Shown piece after piece: positions 46,666 through 55,469 of a stretch of 55,469 nt of DNA. How positions within the stretch are numbered: the first letter of the stretch is position 1; the number at the start of each line of letters is the position of its first letter. A program made the position numbers and the translations under genes. The stretch covers positions 1-55,469 of the forward strand of contig PWZA01000022.1 in NCBI GenBank assembly GCA_003567655.1, given 5' to 3'. This DNA comes from Dehalococcoidia bacterium (GTDB lineage: Bacteria; Chloroflexota; Dehalococcoidia; GIF9; AB-539-J10). The notes below the pieces were generated by a model that was not told the origin of the DNA, made no database searches, and was given only the letters and a program-made list of their open reading frames with translations.

Positions 46666-47433
46666 ATGAGCAGTTCCGCAGATGTTTTCTCTCTATCAGG
46701 CAAGGTTGCTTTGGTTACCGGCGGCAGCCGCGGCATTGGAAAGGCCATCGCGGTGGGGTTGGCCAGGTTCGGTGCCGACGTAGCGGTTACCAGCAGGAAG
46801 CTGCCCGACCTTCAGGAGGTGGCAACGGAGATCAGAGGATTGGGGAGGAAGTCGATGGCCGTGGCCACGCATGTGGGCAGGACGGACGAGATCGCTGCTC
46901 TGGTGCCAAAGGTGAAGGAGGAGTTCGGCAGAATAGACATACTGGTAAACAACGCGGCCACAAATCCGACCATGGATTCGGCTCTGGACGTGGAGGAGCG
47001 AGCCTGGGATTCCATCATGAACCTCAACCTCAAGGGGCTGTTCTTCCTTAGCCAGTCGGTGGCTAGGGTGATGAAGGAGCAGGGCGGCGGTACGATCATC
47101 AACGTGGCTTCTGTGGCGGGAATCCCCCCCGACATCCTGCCGGTCTACTCCATCAGCAAGGCCGGGGTTATCATGGCAACGAAGGTCATGGCCCAGCAGT
47201 GGGCTCCGTACAACATCAGGGCGAATGCGCTGGCCCCTGGACTGATTAAGACCAAGTTCAGCCAGGCACTCTGGGAGAACGAGGAGATCCTGCAGGGCGC
47301 CATGCTGTTTACTCCCATGCGCCGTCCGGGCGAGCCCGACGAGATGGTAGGGGCTGTCGTCTTCCTGGCCTCCGATGCATCGAGCTATGTGACCGGTCAC
47401 ACCCTGGTGGCAGACGGCGGGGTAGCTATCTAG
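46666..47433 (+). CDS. SDR family oxidoreductase (FabG-like)
   Basis: It has TGGSRGIG, NNAA and the catalytic Y-x3-K (YSISKAG). Length is 255 aa. Confidence 0.9.
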   Translation: MSSSADVFSLSGKVALVTGGSRGIGKAIAVGLARFGADVAVTSRKLPDLQEVATEIRGLGRKSMAVATHVGRTDEIAALVPKVKEEFGRIDILVNNAATNPTMDSALDVEERAWDSIMNLNLKGLFFLSQSVARVMKEQGGGTIINVASVAGIPPDILPVYSISKAGVIMATKVMAQQWAPYNIRANALAPGLIKTKFSQALWENEEILQGAMLFTPMRRPGEPDEMVGAVVFLASDASSYVTGHTLVADGGVAI

Positions 47434-47533
47434 CTGTGTGTCTTGTCGGCGCAAGAGCAAGGCGCATTCGTTGACACTGGATTTGGTGGGTGTTAACATC
47501 TGACCATAAACGTAATAGAAGAAGGAGGGTCTC

Positions 47534-48310
47534 ATGGCTTACGAAAATCTAGTTGTGGAGCGGGAGGGCCTGGTCGGCATAATTACCTTGAACCGGCCGC
47601 CGGCGAATCCCATCAACCTGAGCGTGCTGAACGAACTGGATGCGGCGTTCACCGAGTGGGAGAAGGACAAAGAGGTGAGAGCGGTGATAATCACAGGTGC
47701 TGGTGAGAGGGGTTTTTCGGCCGGTTTCGATATTAAGACAGCGGGCACGCCGGATGGAGCTAATGCCATGACCCGGGGGCAGGAGGTGTTCAGCCGCATT
47801 GAGAAGTATCCCAAGCCCGTGATCGCGGCCATGAACGGATTTGCTTTTGGTGGTGGGTGTGAGCTGGCGATGGCATGTCACTTCAGGATAATGGTGACCG
47901 GCGAGCGGGTGCTCATGGGGCAGCCCGAGATCGACCTGGGGATTATTCCGGGTTGGGGCGGCACCCAGCGTCTGCCGCGGCTCATTGGTAAGACCAGAGC
48001 CATGGAGATGCTTCTGCTCGGCACCAGGATTACCCCTGGTGAGGCGCTCAGTATCGGACTGATAAACAGGATCTCTGAACCGGGGCAGTTGATGGCAGAT
48101 GCCAGGGAACTGGCCGGTGCGCTGGCGAAGAAGGCACCGATTGCCGTGCAGATTATTCTGGACGCAGTGACGCGTGGCCTGGAGGTTAGCACCGACGAGG
48201 GTATGAAGATAGAGCTGGAGGGCTCCAACCGGGTGGGCAAGACCAAGGATGCCATCGAAGGGATGATGGCCTTTGTCGAGAAGCGAGAGGCTGTCTTCAA
48301 GGGCGAGTAG
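47534..48310 (+). CDS. Enoyl-CoA hydratase/isomerase (crotonase family)
   Basis: The crotonase oxyanion-hole motifs FSAGFDI and GFAFGGGCELAMACHF are present. Length is 258 aa. Confidence 0.9.
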   Translation: MAYENLVVEREGLVGIITLNRPPANPINLSVLNELDAAFTEWEKDKEVRAVIITGAGERGFSAGFDIKTAGTPDGANAMTRGQEVFSRIEKYPKPVIAAMNGFAFGGGCELAMACHFRIMVTGERVLMGQPEIDLGIIPGWGGTQRLPRLIGKTRAMEMLLLGTRITPGEALSIGLINRISEPGQLMADARELAGALAKKAPIAVQIILDAVTRGLEVSTDEGMKIELEGSNRVGKTKDAIEGMMAFVEKREAVFKGE

Positions 48311-48377
48311 CGTTCGTGGTTAAGGCGCGGGATTGCCGCGCTGCGCTCGCAATGACAGGTAAAGGAGGGTTTTCGAT

Positions 48378-49526
48378 ATGAAGGCTGAAGATATCAAGAA
48401 GATTGCAGTGATAGGGGCCGGTGATATGGGACATGGCATAGCCGAGGTTGCATTGCTGGCCGGCTACAAGGTGGCGATGCAGGATATCGAGCAGAAGTTC
48501 GTCGACCGGGGGCTGACCAGGATCAAGGAGAGCCTGGATAAGCTGGTCGAGAAGCAGAAGGTCACTGCCGAGAACAGGGAAGCGATGCTGGGCAATATCG
48601 AGACATTCACCGATGTAGCTGAGTGTGCGAGCGATGCCGACCTCGCCATTGAGGCCGTTCCCGAGATCATGGATCTCAAGAAGAAGGTTTTCCAGACGCT
48701 GGATGGTGCAGCTCCCGGGCACGCCATACTGGCGTCCAATACTTCCAACATGAGTATCACCGATATCGCCTTGGCCACAAGGAGGCCGGAGCAGGTGGTG
48801 GGTATGCATTTCTTCAATCCGGCGGTGTTGATGAAGCTTGTCGAGGTTATTAAGGGAGATAAGACAGGTGAGGCAACGATGCAGACGACATATGACCTCG
48901 CCTTGAAGATGAACAAGGTGCCGGTCAGGATTGAGAAGGATTCCATCGGCTTTGCCTATAACCGTGTCAACGCGCCGACTCAAGTCCTGCTCAGCCTTAT
49001 GGTTGAGAGGGGGCATGTCACCCCCGAGCAAATCGATGCCCGGATGAGGAAGATCGGCATGCCGATGGGGCCTTACGAGTTGATGGACTATGTCGGGCTG
49101 GATGTCGCCTATCATGGTGCGCGCTACTTCTCGGAGAGGTTGTCTCGCGATTACGAGCCGCCGGGCTGGTTGAAGGCTAAGATAGATGCCGGTGAACTGG
49201 GGAAGAAGACGGGCCGGGGCATCTTCGACTGGTCGAAGGGCCGGCCGGAAATAGACTTATCGAAAGCGAAGGAGGACTTCGACCCCGCAGTCTTGATTGC
49301 CGTTCAGGTGAACGAGGCAACGAAGCTGCTCGAAGAAGGGGTGGTGAATAGCGCCGACGAAATCGACAAGGCTATGGCGAGTGGCGGTGGTTCGGGGGTC
49401 GGTCCCTTCCAGATGGCGAGGGGGATAGGTTACGATAAGCTGGCCGCCATATGTGAGAACCTTGCCCACGAGTTCGGCGTCAAGGTGTTCGAGCCTACTG
49501 CCACGCTGAAGAAGGGGAAGATCTGA
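48378..49526 (+). CDS. 3-hydroxyacyl-CoA dehydrogenase (NAD-binding plus C-terminal domains)
   Basis: It has VIGAGDMGHGIA (Rossmann fold), SNTSNMSIT, GMHFFNP and a C-terminal 3HCDH repeat. Confidence 0.9.
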   Translation: MKAEDIKKIAVIGAGDMGHGIAEVALLAGYKVAMQDIEQKFVDRGLTRIKESLDKLVEKQKVTAENREAMLGNIETFTDVAECASDADLAIEAVPEIMDLKKKVFQTLDGAAPGHAILASNTSNMSITDIALATRRPEQVVGMHFFNPAVLMKLVEVIKGDKTGEATMQTTYDLALKMNKVPVRIEKDSIGFAYNRVNAPTQVLLSLMVERGHVTPEQIDARMRKIGMPMGPYELMDYVGLDVAYHGARYFSERLSRDYEPPGWLKAKIDAGELGKKTGRGIFDWSKGRPEIDLSKAKEDFDPAVLIAVQVNEATKLLEEGVVNSADEIDKAMASGGGSGVGPFQMARGIGYDKLAAICENLAHEFGVKVFEPTATLKKGKI

Positions 49527-49530
49527 TCCC

Positions 49531-51315
49531 CTAGCAGATGTAACGCTCGACCTCTATAAGACGATCGGCGATGCTTCGCCTCAGTTGCATGCCATTGGCA
49601 GGTGTGAACTGCAGGGCCTTCCCTACTACGGAGAGTTGCCTGTCCAGCGCCTCATTCGTCTCCATCGCTGCCAGCGCATGACGGGCATAGCCGCCCACCC
49701 TCGCCGTGGCATCGCTCACATAGAGTTGCACCATCTCGATCTTGGTCTTCGATTTCTCCATACCGACGGCGTCGACGGCCCTTAGCGCCCTCAGTAGCCC
49801 GCTCTCCATGGCATAGATCTCCATCGCTGTGTCAGCCAGCAACCCGAGAATCTCCTGCTGCTCGTCAAGAGCCATGCCGTACTTCTGGGCTGCGAGGTTC
49901 GATATATAGAGAAAGACCTTCTTCGTGCGGTCCAGAAGCTTCTGCTCGTATCCCAGGATGCCGTCCTCAGTGTTACGCAAGAGAGGCTCCATGGCCGGCA
50001 GTTCGTCGTTTAACGCGGCGGCCGCAGAGAAGAATGGTATCTCATCCTTCAACGCCTTCCGCATGAGAAAGCCCATGATGATCACCCTGTTGATCTCGTT
50101 GGTGCCTTCGAAGAGACGGAATATCCGGCAATCGCGGTAGATCCGCTCCACGGGGTACTCCTCGACGAATCCGTAGCCGCCGAACGTCTGAACCGCCTCG
50201 TCGGCAACGTAGGCTATCATCTCCGAGGTGTACACCTTGACGATGGAGCACTCGATGGCGTACTCACCGATCCATTTCGCATACTGTCTGCCGGCATCAT
50301 CGGCACCCTTGTCGACGGTTGCCAAAACCCTGTCCACGAGCGCGCCGGTGCGGTAGATCATGCTTTCGGCTATGTACGTTCGAGTCGCCATCTCGCCCAG
50401 CTTGTGCTTTATCAGCCCGAACTGGCATATGGGCTTGCCGAACTGCACCCTCTCCTTGGAATACTTAACGGAACTCTCAACGGCCAGCTTGGCCATGCCG
50501 ACACAGCCCGGACCGAGGGTGAACCTGCCCAGGTTCAGGATGTTGAAGGCGACATGGTGTCCCTTCCCCAGTTCGTAGAGCACGTTCTCCGCCGGCACCT
50601 TTGCGTTGTCGAGGAATATGCTACAGGTGGAGGAGCCGCGGATGCCCATCTTCTTCTCCTCAACACCTGTAGACACGCCTTCGAAGTCCCTCTCCAGTAT
50701 GAAGGCGGTCATCTTGTCACCGTCAATCTTGGCATAGGTGAATACGATGTCAGCCATGTTGCCGTTGGTGATGAACTGCTTGGCGCCGTTCAGCGTGTAG
50801 TACTTCCCGTCCGGGGAAAGAACGGCGGTGGTCTGTATGGCAAGGGCATCGGTGCCTGCGGCGGGTTCGGTCAGGGCGTAGGCGCCGATCTTCTCGCCGC
50901 TGGCCAGGCCGGGAAGGTACCTCTCCTTTTGAGCCTTGTTGCCGAAGTAGACGAGGGGCATTGAGCCGATCCCGGTGTGGCAGCTCATGGTGACGCCGAG
51001 TGACCCGGATCCGGCCGAGTACTCGAGGATGAGCGCATGGGCGATGCTGTCGAGCCCCGAACCACCATACCTCTCTTCGACATCCGATCCCAGCAAGCCC
51101 AGTTCACCTGCCTTGCGCATAAGCTCGCGTGTGAGATCGAAGTCCTTGTTCTCCAGTGTCTCCATGTGAGGCACCACCTCGTTCTTCACAAAGCTCTCGG
51201 TGGTGTCGATTATCATCTTGTGTTCTTCGGTGAAGTCCTCAGGGGTGAACACCTCCCCGGCCGGTATGGCCTCGAGGAGAAAGGCGCCGCCTTTTCTGAT
51301 TTCCTGCGTCTCCAA
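49531..51315 (-). CDS. Acyl-CoA dehydrogenase (long form with extra C-terminal helical domain)
   Basis: It has ACAD N/M/C-domain motifs (GAYALTEPAAGTDA, QTFGGYGFVEEYPVERIYRD). Length is 594 aa. It is convergent with the hbd-like gene, with a 4-nt gap. Confidence 0.9.
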   Translation of the reverse strand: METQEIRKGGAFLLEAIPAGEVFTPEDFTEEHKMIIDTTESFVKNEVVPHMETLENKDFDLTRELMRKAGELGLLGSDVEERYGGSGLDSIAHALILEYSAGSGSLGVTMSCHTGIGSMPLVYFGNKAQKERYLPGLASGEKIGAYALTEPAAGTDALAIQTTAVLSPDGKYYTLNGAKQFITNGNMADIVFTYAKIDGDKMTAFILERDFEGVSTGVEEKKMGIRGSSTCSIFLDNAKVPAENVLYELGKGHHVAFNILNLGRFTLGPGCVGMAKLAVESSVKYSKERVQFGKPICQFGLIKHKLGEMATRTYIAESMIYRTGALVDRVLATVDKGADDAGRQYAKWIGEYAIECSIVKVYTSEMIAYVADEAVQTFGGYGFVEEYPVERIYRDCRIFRLFEGTNEINRVIIMGFLMRKALKDEIPFFSAAAALNDELPAMEPLLRNTEDGILGYEQKLLDRTKKVFLYISNLAAQKYGMALDEQQEILGLLADTAMEIYAMESGLLRALRAVDAVGMEKSKTKIEMVQLYVSDATARVGGYARHALAAMETNEALDRQLSVVGKALQFTPANGMQLRRSIADRLIEVERYIC

Positions 51316-51330
51316 TTCGGCCTCCTTTTG

Positions 51331-52515
51331 CTAGTCCTCTCTCTCGTATATGCCAGCTGCTCCCATACCCCCACCAACGCACATCGTGACCATTCCATAC
51401 CTCGATTTCCGACGTGGCATCTCGTGCAGCAGTTTGGTGGTAAGGTAAACTCCGGTGCATCCTAACGGGTGCCCGATGGCGATGGAGCCACCGTTAACAT
51501 TGAGCCTGTTCATGTCGATGCCCAACTCCCTGACAATGTACAGCGACTGCGAGGCAAAGGCCTCGTTCAGTTCGATGAGGTCGACCTGATCCAGTGATAT
51601 CCCCGCATTCTTGAGCGCCTTAGGGATGGCAACCACCGGCCCTATGCCCATTATCTCGGGATCGACGCCACCGGCGCCGTACGACCTGAACACAGCCATC
51701 GGCTTTAGCCCCAGCTCCCTGGATTTTTCACGTGACATAATCACTAAGGCTGCCGCACCATCGTTGATGGGGCATGAGTTCCCGGCCGTGACCGAACCTC
51801 CCGCGCGAAACAGCGCCGGAAGAGTAGCCATACGCTCCAGGGATGTGTCGTATCTAACGCACTCGTCGGTATCGAAGACCCTCTCCTGCGTCACAGCCTT
51901 GCCGTTCTTGAAGGTGCGGTCAATCACCTTGATGGGCAGGATCTGCTCCTTGAACACTCCTTCATTAAGAGCCTTCATAGCCTTCTGCTGGCTGTCGTAG
52001 GCGAAGGCATCCTGGTCCTCTCTGCTGATGTTGAAGCGCGAGGCAACGTTCTCGGCGGTAAGCCCCATAGTTATGTATACTGCCGGGTAGTTCTCCGCCA
52101 ACTCGGGATCGGGCACCAGTTTGTTGCCGCCCATGGGCACGGTGGACATATGCTCTACTCCCACCGCAATCATCACGTCGGCAAAGCCGCACATGACTCG
52201 CTGGCAGGCGGCGGAAATGGCATCGAGTCCTGAGGCACAGAACCTGTTGATGGTGACGCCGGGCACGCTGGTCGGCAGCCCTGCCTTCAGGGCGAGGACT
52301 CTGCCGATGTTCATTCCGGCCTCTGCTTCCGGGAAGGAGCAGCCGACGACGACGTCATCTATCTCCTCAGGCTTCAGGCCGGGCGCCCTCTTCACAGCCT
52401 CTTTGAGCACTTCAGTGGCGGTGTGCTCCGGCCTCGTATTCCGCAGGGTGCCGGTGGGCGCCTTGCCCAGCGCGGTCCTCACTGCTGATACTATTACTGC
52501 ATCTTTCATGTTCAA
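51331..52515 (-). CDS. Acetyl-CoA C-acyltransferase (thiolase)
   Basis: The active-site context RFCASGLDAI is present, with NEAFASQ, GHPLGCTG and CVGGGMG at the C-terminus. Confidence 0.93.
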   Translation of the reverse strand: MNMKDAVIVSAVRTALGKAPTGTLRNTRPEHTATEVLKEAVKRAPGLKPEEIDDVVVGCSFPEAEAGMNIGRVLALKAGLPTSVPGVTINRFCASGLDAISAACQRVMCGFADVMIAVGVEHMSTVPMGGNKLVPDPELAENYPAVYITMGLTAENVASRFNISREDQDAFAYDSQQKAMKALNEGVFKEQILPIKVIDRTFKNGKAVTQERVFDTDECVRYDTSLERMATLPALFRAGGSVTAGNSCPINDGAAALVIMSREKSRELGLKPMAVFRSYGAGGVDPEIMGIGPVVAIPKALKNAGISLDQVDLIELNEAFASQSLYIVRELGIDMNRLNVNGGSIAIGHPLGCTGVYLTTKLLHEMPRRKSRYGMVTMCVGGGMGAAGIYERED

Positions 52516-52532
52516 ACCTCCTTATGCAAGGA

Positions 52533-54962
52533 CTAGTTCCTCAGGGGCTTATTCGTGTCAAGCATGTGCTTCATCCTGGCCTGGCTCTTCTCTTCTCCAC
52601 ACAGAGACAGGAATGCCTCCCTCTCTATGTCAAGCAAGTACTCTTCGCTAACCAGGGTGTTGAGATCCACGTCTCCACCCGTGAGAACATGCGCCAGTTT
52701 CTTGGCTATAACGACGTCATGATCGGTTATGAAACCCGCCTCTTTCATCAGGTAGACGAATACATCCAGGGCCGCCCTTCCCGTCCTGCCGGGTACCCTG
52801 ATCTCGTCTCTCCGCCTGGGCGGAGTATAGTCCGCCTCGACCAGTGCCAGCACAGCCTGCTTGGCCCGGTAGAGCAGGTGGTCATAGTTCATGACAATAC
52901 GGTCAATGGGTTTCAGGTAACCCAGCTCCCTGGCCTCCTGGGCAGAGGTGGACACCTTTGCCATTGCTATGTTCTGGAAAACTCTTGCCACAAGGGGGGT
53001 AAGATCGGGCTTGCCGCCGCCTGCAATGGGCGGGAGCTCCTTGGGAAGCCAGTCGGTGGCCCTGAAGAACAGTTCCTTGTTTCCTCCCGCGCCGGGTATG
53101 AGGCCCACCCCCAGCTCCACCTGTCCCATGTAGCATTCGGTGTGAGCCACTATTTGGCTCGTGTGAAGGCATATCTCGCATCCGCCTCCCAGGGTCATGC
53201 GGAAGGGTGCGGCCACAACCGGCCTCTGGCAGTACTTCACGCGCATGACTGCCTCCTGAAGCGTCTTCACCGCAAGCTCAAGGTTCTTCCAGTCCTTGTT
53301 CTGTGCCGTGGGGAAGACCTGTCTCAGGTCTGCCCCGACGCAGAAGTTTGAGCCCTGGTTGCCGATGACCATCCCCTCGAAGTTATCCTCCACCTCCTTG
53401 ACGCTGTCACCGATGATCCGGATGACATCGTCGTCGATGGCATTGTTACGGGAGTGAAACTCGAGACAGGCGACGCCGTCGCCCATGTCGATCAGGCTTC
53501 CGCCCGCGTTGGATTTGACCACAGTTGTCTTATCCTTCAGTGCCGGCAGTACGATAATGTGGGGCTGCTCGGATATCTCGACGTAGTTGCCCTTCGCGAA
53601 GTCGAAATAGTATGACCTGCCGTTGCGTGTCTCGTAGAAGCTCTCTTTGCCCGCTGCCAGCATCCTCTCAATATTCGCTGGTATCTTCTCCCCCTCCTTC
53701 TTCATCCTCTCCACCGACCTCCTCAATCCTATGGCATCCCAGGTCTCGAAGGGACCGATCTCCCAGTTGAAGCCCCACCGCATAGCACGGTCCACGCTCA
53801 CCACGTCGTCCGCGATCTCGGGAACCCTGGCTGCACAGTACAGCAGCGTTCTCTTGAGGGTCTTCCAGGCGAAAAGCCCGGCCCTGTCCTCGGAATATAC
53901 CAGTTTCTGGAGTCCGGTCTTCCTGTCCATCTTCTTCAGCTCGTCGAGAATGGGAAGATCGGGCTTCCTCTGCGGCACATACTCCATTGTGTTGAAGTCC
54001 AGCGCATGTATCTGTGAGCCTTCAGGTCCTTTGACCTTCTTGTAGAAGCCCTGTTTGGTCTTATCGCCCAGTAGGCCGTTCTCCACCATCTTCTTTACGA
54101 AGTCGGGCACCACCAGTTGCTGCCTTTCCTCCTCTTCAGCAGCGCTGTCGTGAACGGTCTTGATGACACTGACGAGCGTATCCAGTCCGACGATGTCGGC
54201 AGTTCTGAATGAGGCGCTCCTCGGCTTGCCCATGGGGAGGCCAGTTATGGCGTCCGCCTCCTCGATCGTGTAGTTATCCTCGACGATCGTCCTCATGATG
54301 ACGGCAAGACCGTGTGTACCGATCCTGTTGGCGATGAAGTTGGGGGTGTCTTTGGCATAGACGACGCTCTTACCCAGCCTTCTCTCGCAGAAGTGCGCCA
54401 TGAAGTCCACGAGGTCCCTGTCCGTGTATGCCCCGGGTATGATCTCCAGGAGCTTCATGTGTCGAGGCGGGTTGAAGAAGTGGGTGCCGAGAAAACGCGT
54501 CTTAGCATCCTGCGACAAGTCCTCCGATATCTTCTCTATGGATAGTCCCGATGTGTTGGTGCTGATGATGGCATCCGGCTTAATGAACGGCTCGACCTTT
54601 TTCAGCAGTTCCTTCTTTATGGCCAGGTTCTCGATCACTCCCTCGATGATCCAGTCGGCATCCGAGAGCCACGGCAGGTGGTCTTCGAAGTTGCCGGGTG
54701 TGATGAGCCTGGCGTCATCGGCCACGAACATGGCCGGCGGCCTTGCCCCGATGGTGCCCTGAATGCCCATCTGGGCGAGCTTATTTCGGAAGGTGGGTGA
54801 TTCCTTCGTCAACCCCTTCTTGACATCCTTATCGTCCAGCTCCTTGGGGACGATGTCCAGCAGGTAAGTAGGTATGCCCACGCCTGCAAGCAGAGCAGCT
54901 ATCCTGCTCCCCATTACGCCGGAACCCAGCACAGCCGCCTTCTTGATGTGTCTGTTCTTCAT
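52533..54962 (-). CDS. Bifunctional 3-hydroxyacyl-CoA dehydrogenase / enoyl-CoA hydratase (FadN-like domain order)
   Basis: The N-terminus has VLGSGVMGSRIA (Rossmann fold) and GTHFFNP. The C-terminal crotonase fold has NFCVGADL and FRMTLGGGCEI. A GGGAGGT RBS lies 8 nt before ATG 54962. Confidence 0.9.
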   Translation of the reverse strand: MKNRHIKKAAVLGSGVMGSRIAALLAGVGIPTYLLDIVPKELDDKDVKKGLTKESPTFRNKLAQMGIQGTIGARPPAMFVADDARLITPGNFEDHLPWLSDADWIIEGVIENLAIKKELLKKVEPFIKPDAIISTNTSGLSIEKISEDLSQDAKTRFLGTHFFNPPRHMKLLEIIPGAYTDRDLVDFMAHFCERRLGKSVVYAKDTPNFIANRIGTHGLAVIMRTIVEDNYTIEEADAITGLPMGKPRSASFRTADIVGLDTLVSVIKTVHDSAAEEEERQQLVVPDFVKKMVENGLLGDKTKQGFYKKVKGPEGSQIHALDFNTMEYVPQRKPDLPILDELKKMDRKTGLQKLVYSEDRAGLFAWKTLKRTLLYCAARVPEIADDVVSVDRAMRWGFNWEIGPFETWDAIGLRRSVERMKKEGEKIPANIERMLAAGKESFYETRNGRSYYFDFAKGNYVEISEQPHIIVLPALKDKTTVVKSNAGGSLIDMGDGVACLEFHSRNNAIDDDVIRIIGDSVKEVEDNFEGMVIGNQGSNFCVGADLRQVFPTAQNKDWKNLELAVKTLQEAVMRVKYCQRPVVAAPFRMTLGGGCEICLHTSQIVAHTECYMGQVELGVGLIPGAGGNKELFFRATDWLPKELPPIAGGGKPDLTPLVARVFQNIAMAKVSTSAQEARELGYLKPIDRIVMNYDHLLYRAKQAVLALVEADYTPPRRRDEIRVPGRTGRAALDVFVYLMKEAGFITDHDVVIAKKLAHVLTGGDVDLNTLVSEEYLLDIEREAFLSLCGEEKSQARMKHMLDTNKPLRN

Positions 54963-55320
54963 AGCATCTGACCTCCCGATAGTTTGCTTCGTTCGACTGG
55001 CAATGATTGCCCGCCGCATTATAGCAGGGATGGGGGGATTCTGCCACCTCTATTGGCAGCTAGCCTCGGCTAGTACACAAGGGCACATGATGCCCCATCC
55101 GTTAGGCGGCATATGTGCCTGTCCGACTGGTGATAGCGATCCGCGGTCGTTCGGTGCGAGGACAGCAGATGACATGTGATCGGGTATGATGGTTGGGTGG
55201 CATGAGGTGGGTGCGGATTCCTGACAACCTCAGGCTACCATTTACGGCTGTCTGAATGCTGAAACCCTAACGATGAAGACTGATTGCTGACTGTTGAGCA
55301 AGGGGTGCCCGTATGGTTTG

Positions 55321-55469
55321 CTACATGCCCAGGTATGTCTCCCGGATGGTGTCGTCTCTCATCAACTCCTCAGCAGTCCCCTCGGCAATGACGTGCCCCC
55401 GCGACATGACGTAGTTCCTCTGCGATAGCTGAAAGGCAAAGCCGATGTCCTGCTCCGCCAGGAGTATGG
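55321..55469 (-). CDS. ABC transporter ATP-binding protein, LivF-like (3' fragment; gene continues beyond the window)
   Basis: The minus-strand translation ILLAEQDIGFAFQLSQRNYVMSRGHVIAEGTAEELMRDDTIRETYLGM* matches the C-terminus of branched-chain amino-acid ABC ATPases. It is too short to appear in the ORF track. Confidence 0.7.
   Translation of the reverse strand, partial: ILLAEQDIGFAFQLSQRNYVMSRGHVIAEGTAEELMRDDTIRETYLGM

Noticed and set aside
1-55469. CRISPR arrays, rRNA genes, IS elements or transposases.
   Set aside because: I saw no regularly spaced short direct repeats, no rRNA-like sequence adjacent to tRNA-Ile(GAU), and no transposase-like or integrase-like translations in any frame of the ORF track.

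Overview
This is a 55.5-kb bacterial chromosomal window. Bacterial hallmark genes include recA-recX, truB, tilS, queG, class-II lysS, serS, and tRNA-Ile(GAU) and tRNA-Lys(UUU) with encoded CCA. GC content looks moderately high by eye. The lineage cannot be proven from sequence; Chloroflexota is only an inference. Most of the window is housekeeping or metabolism: fhs, ald, a tyrosine-phenol-lyase-like enzyme, a secreted S8 protease, speH-speE, a MoxR/DUF58/DUF4129 operon, an OadB Na+-decarboxylase membrane module, and a six-gene beta-oxidation cluster. The standout is a co-directional minus-strand block at about 29.8-40.9 kb that encodes a complete archaeal-type flagellum (archaellum). It contains archaellin ArlB, an ArlC/D/E-like protein, ArlF/ArlG-like proteins, the KaiC-like ArlH, two tandem ArlI ATPase paralogs and ArlJ. 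Downstream are two uncharacterised membrane proteins and a bacterial-type (PilD-like) prepilin peptidase. An excisionase/MerR-type HTH gene and tRNA-Ile lie upstream. An orphan 1229-aa BrxC/PglY-like P-loop NTPase lies downstream. I saw no CRISPR arrays, rRNA genes, transposases or integrases. All family calls come from reading motifs in the translations. No database search or computation was run.
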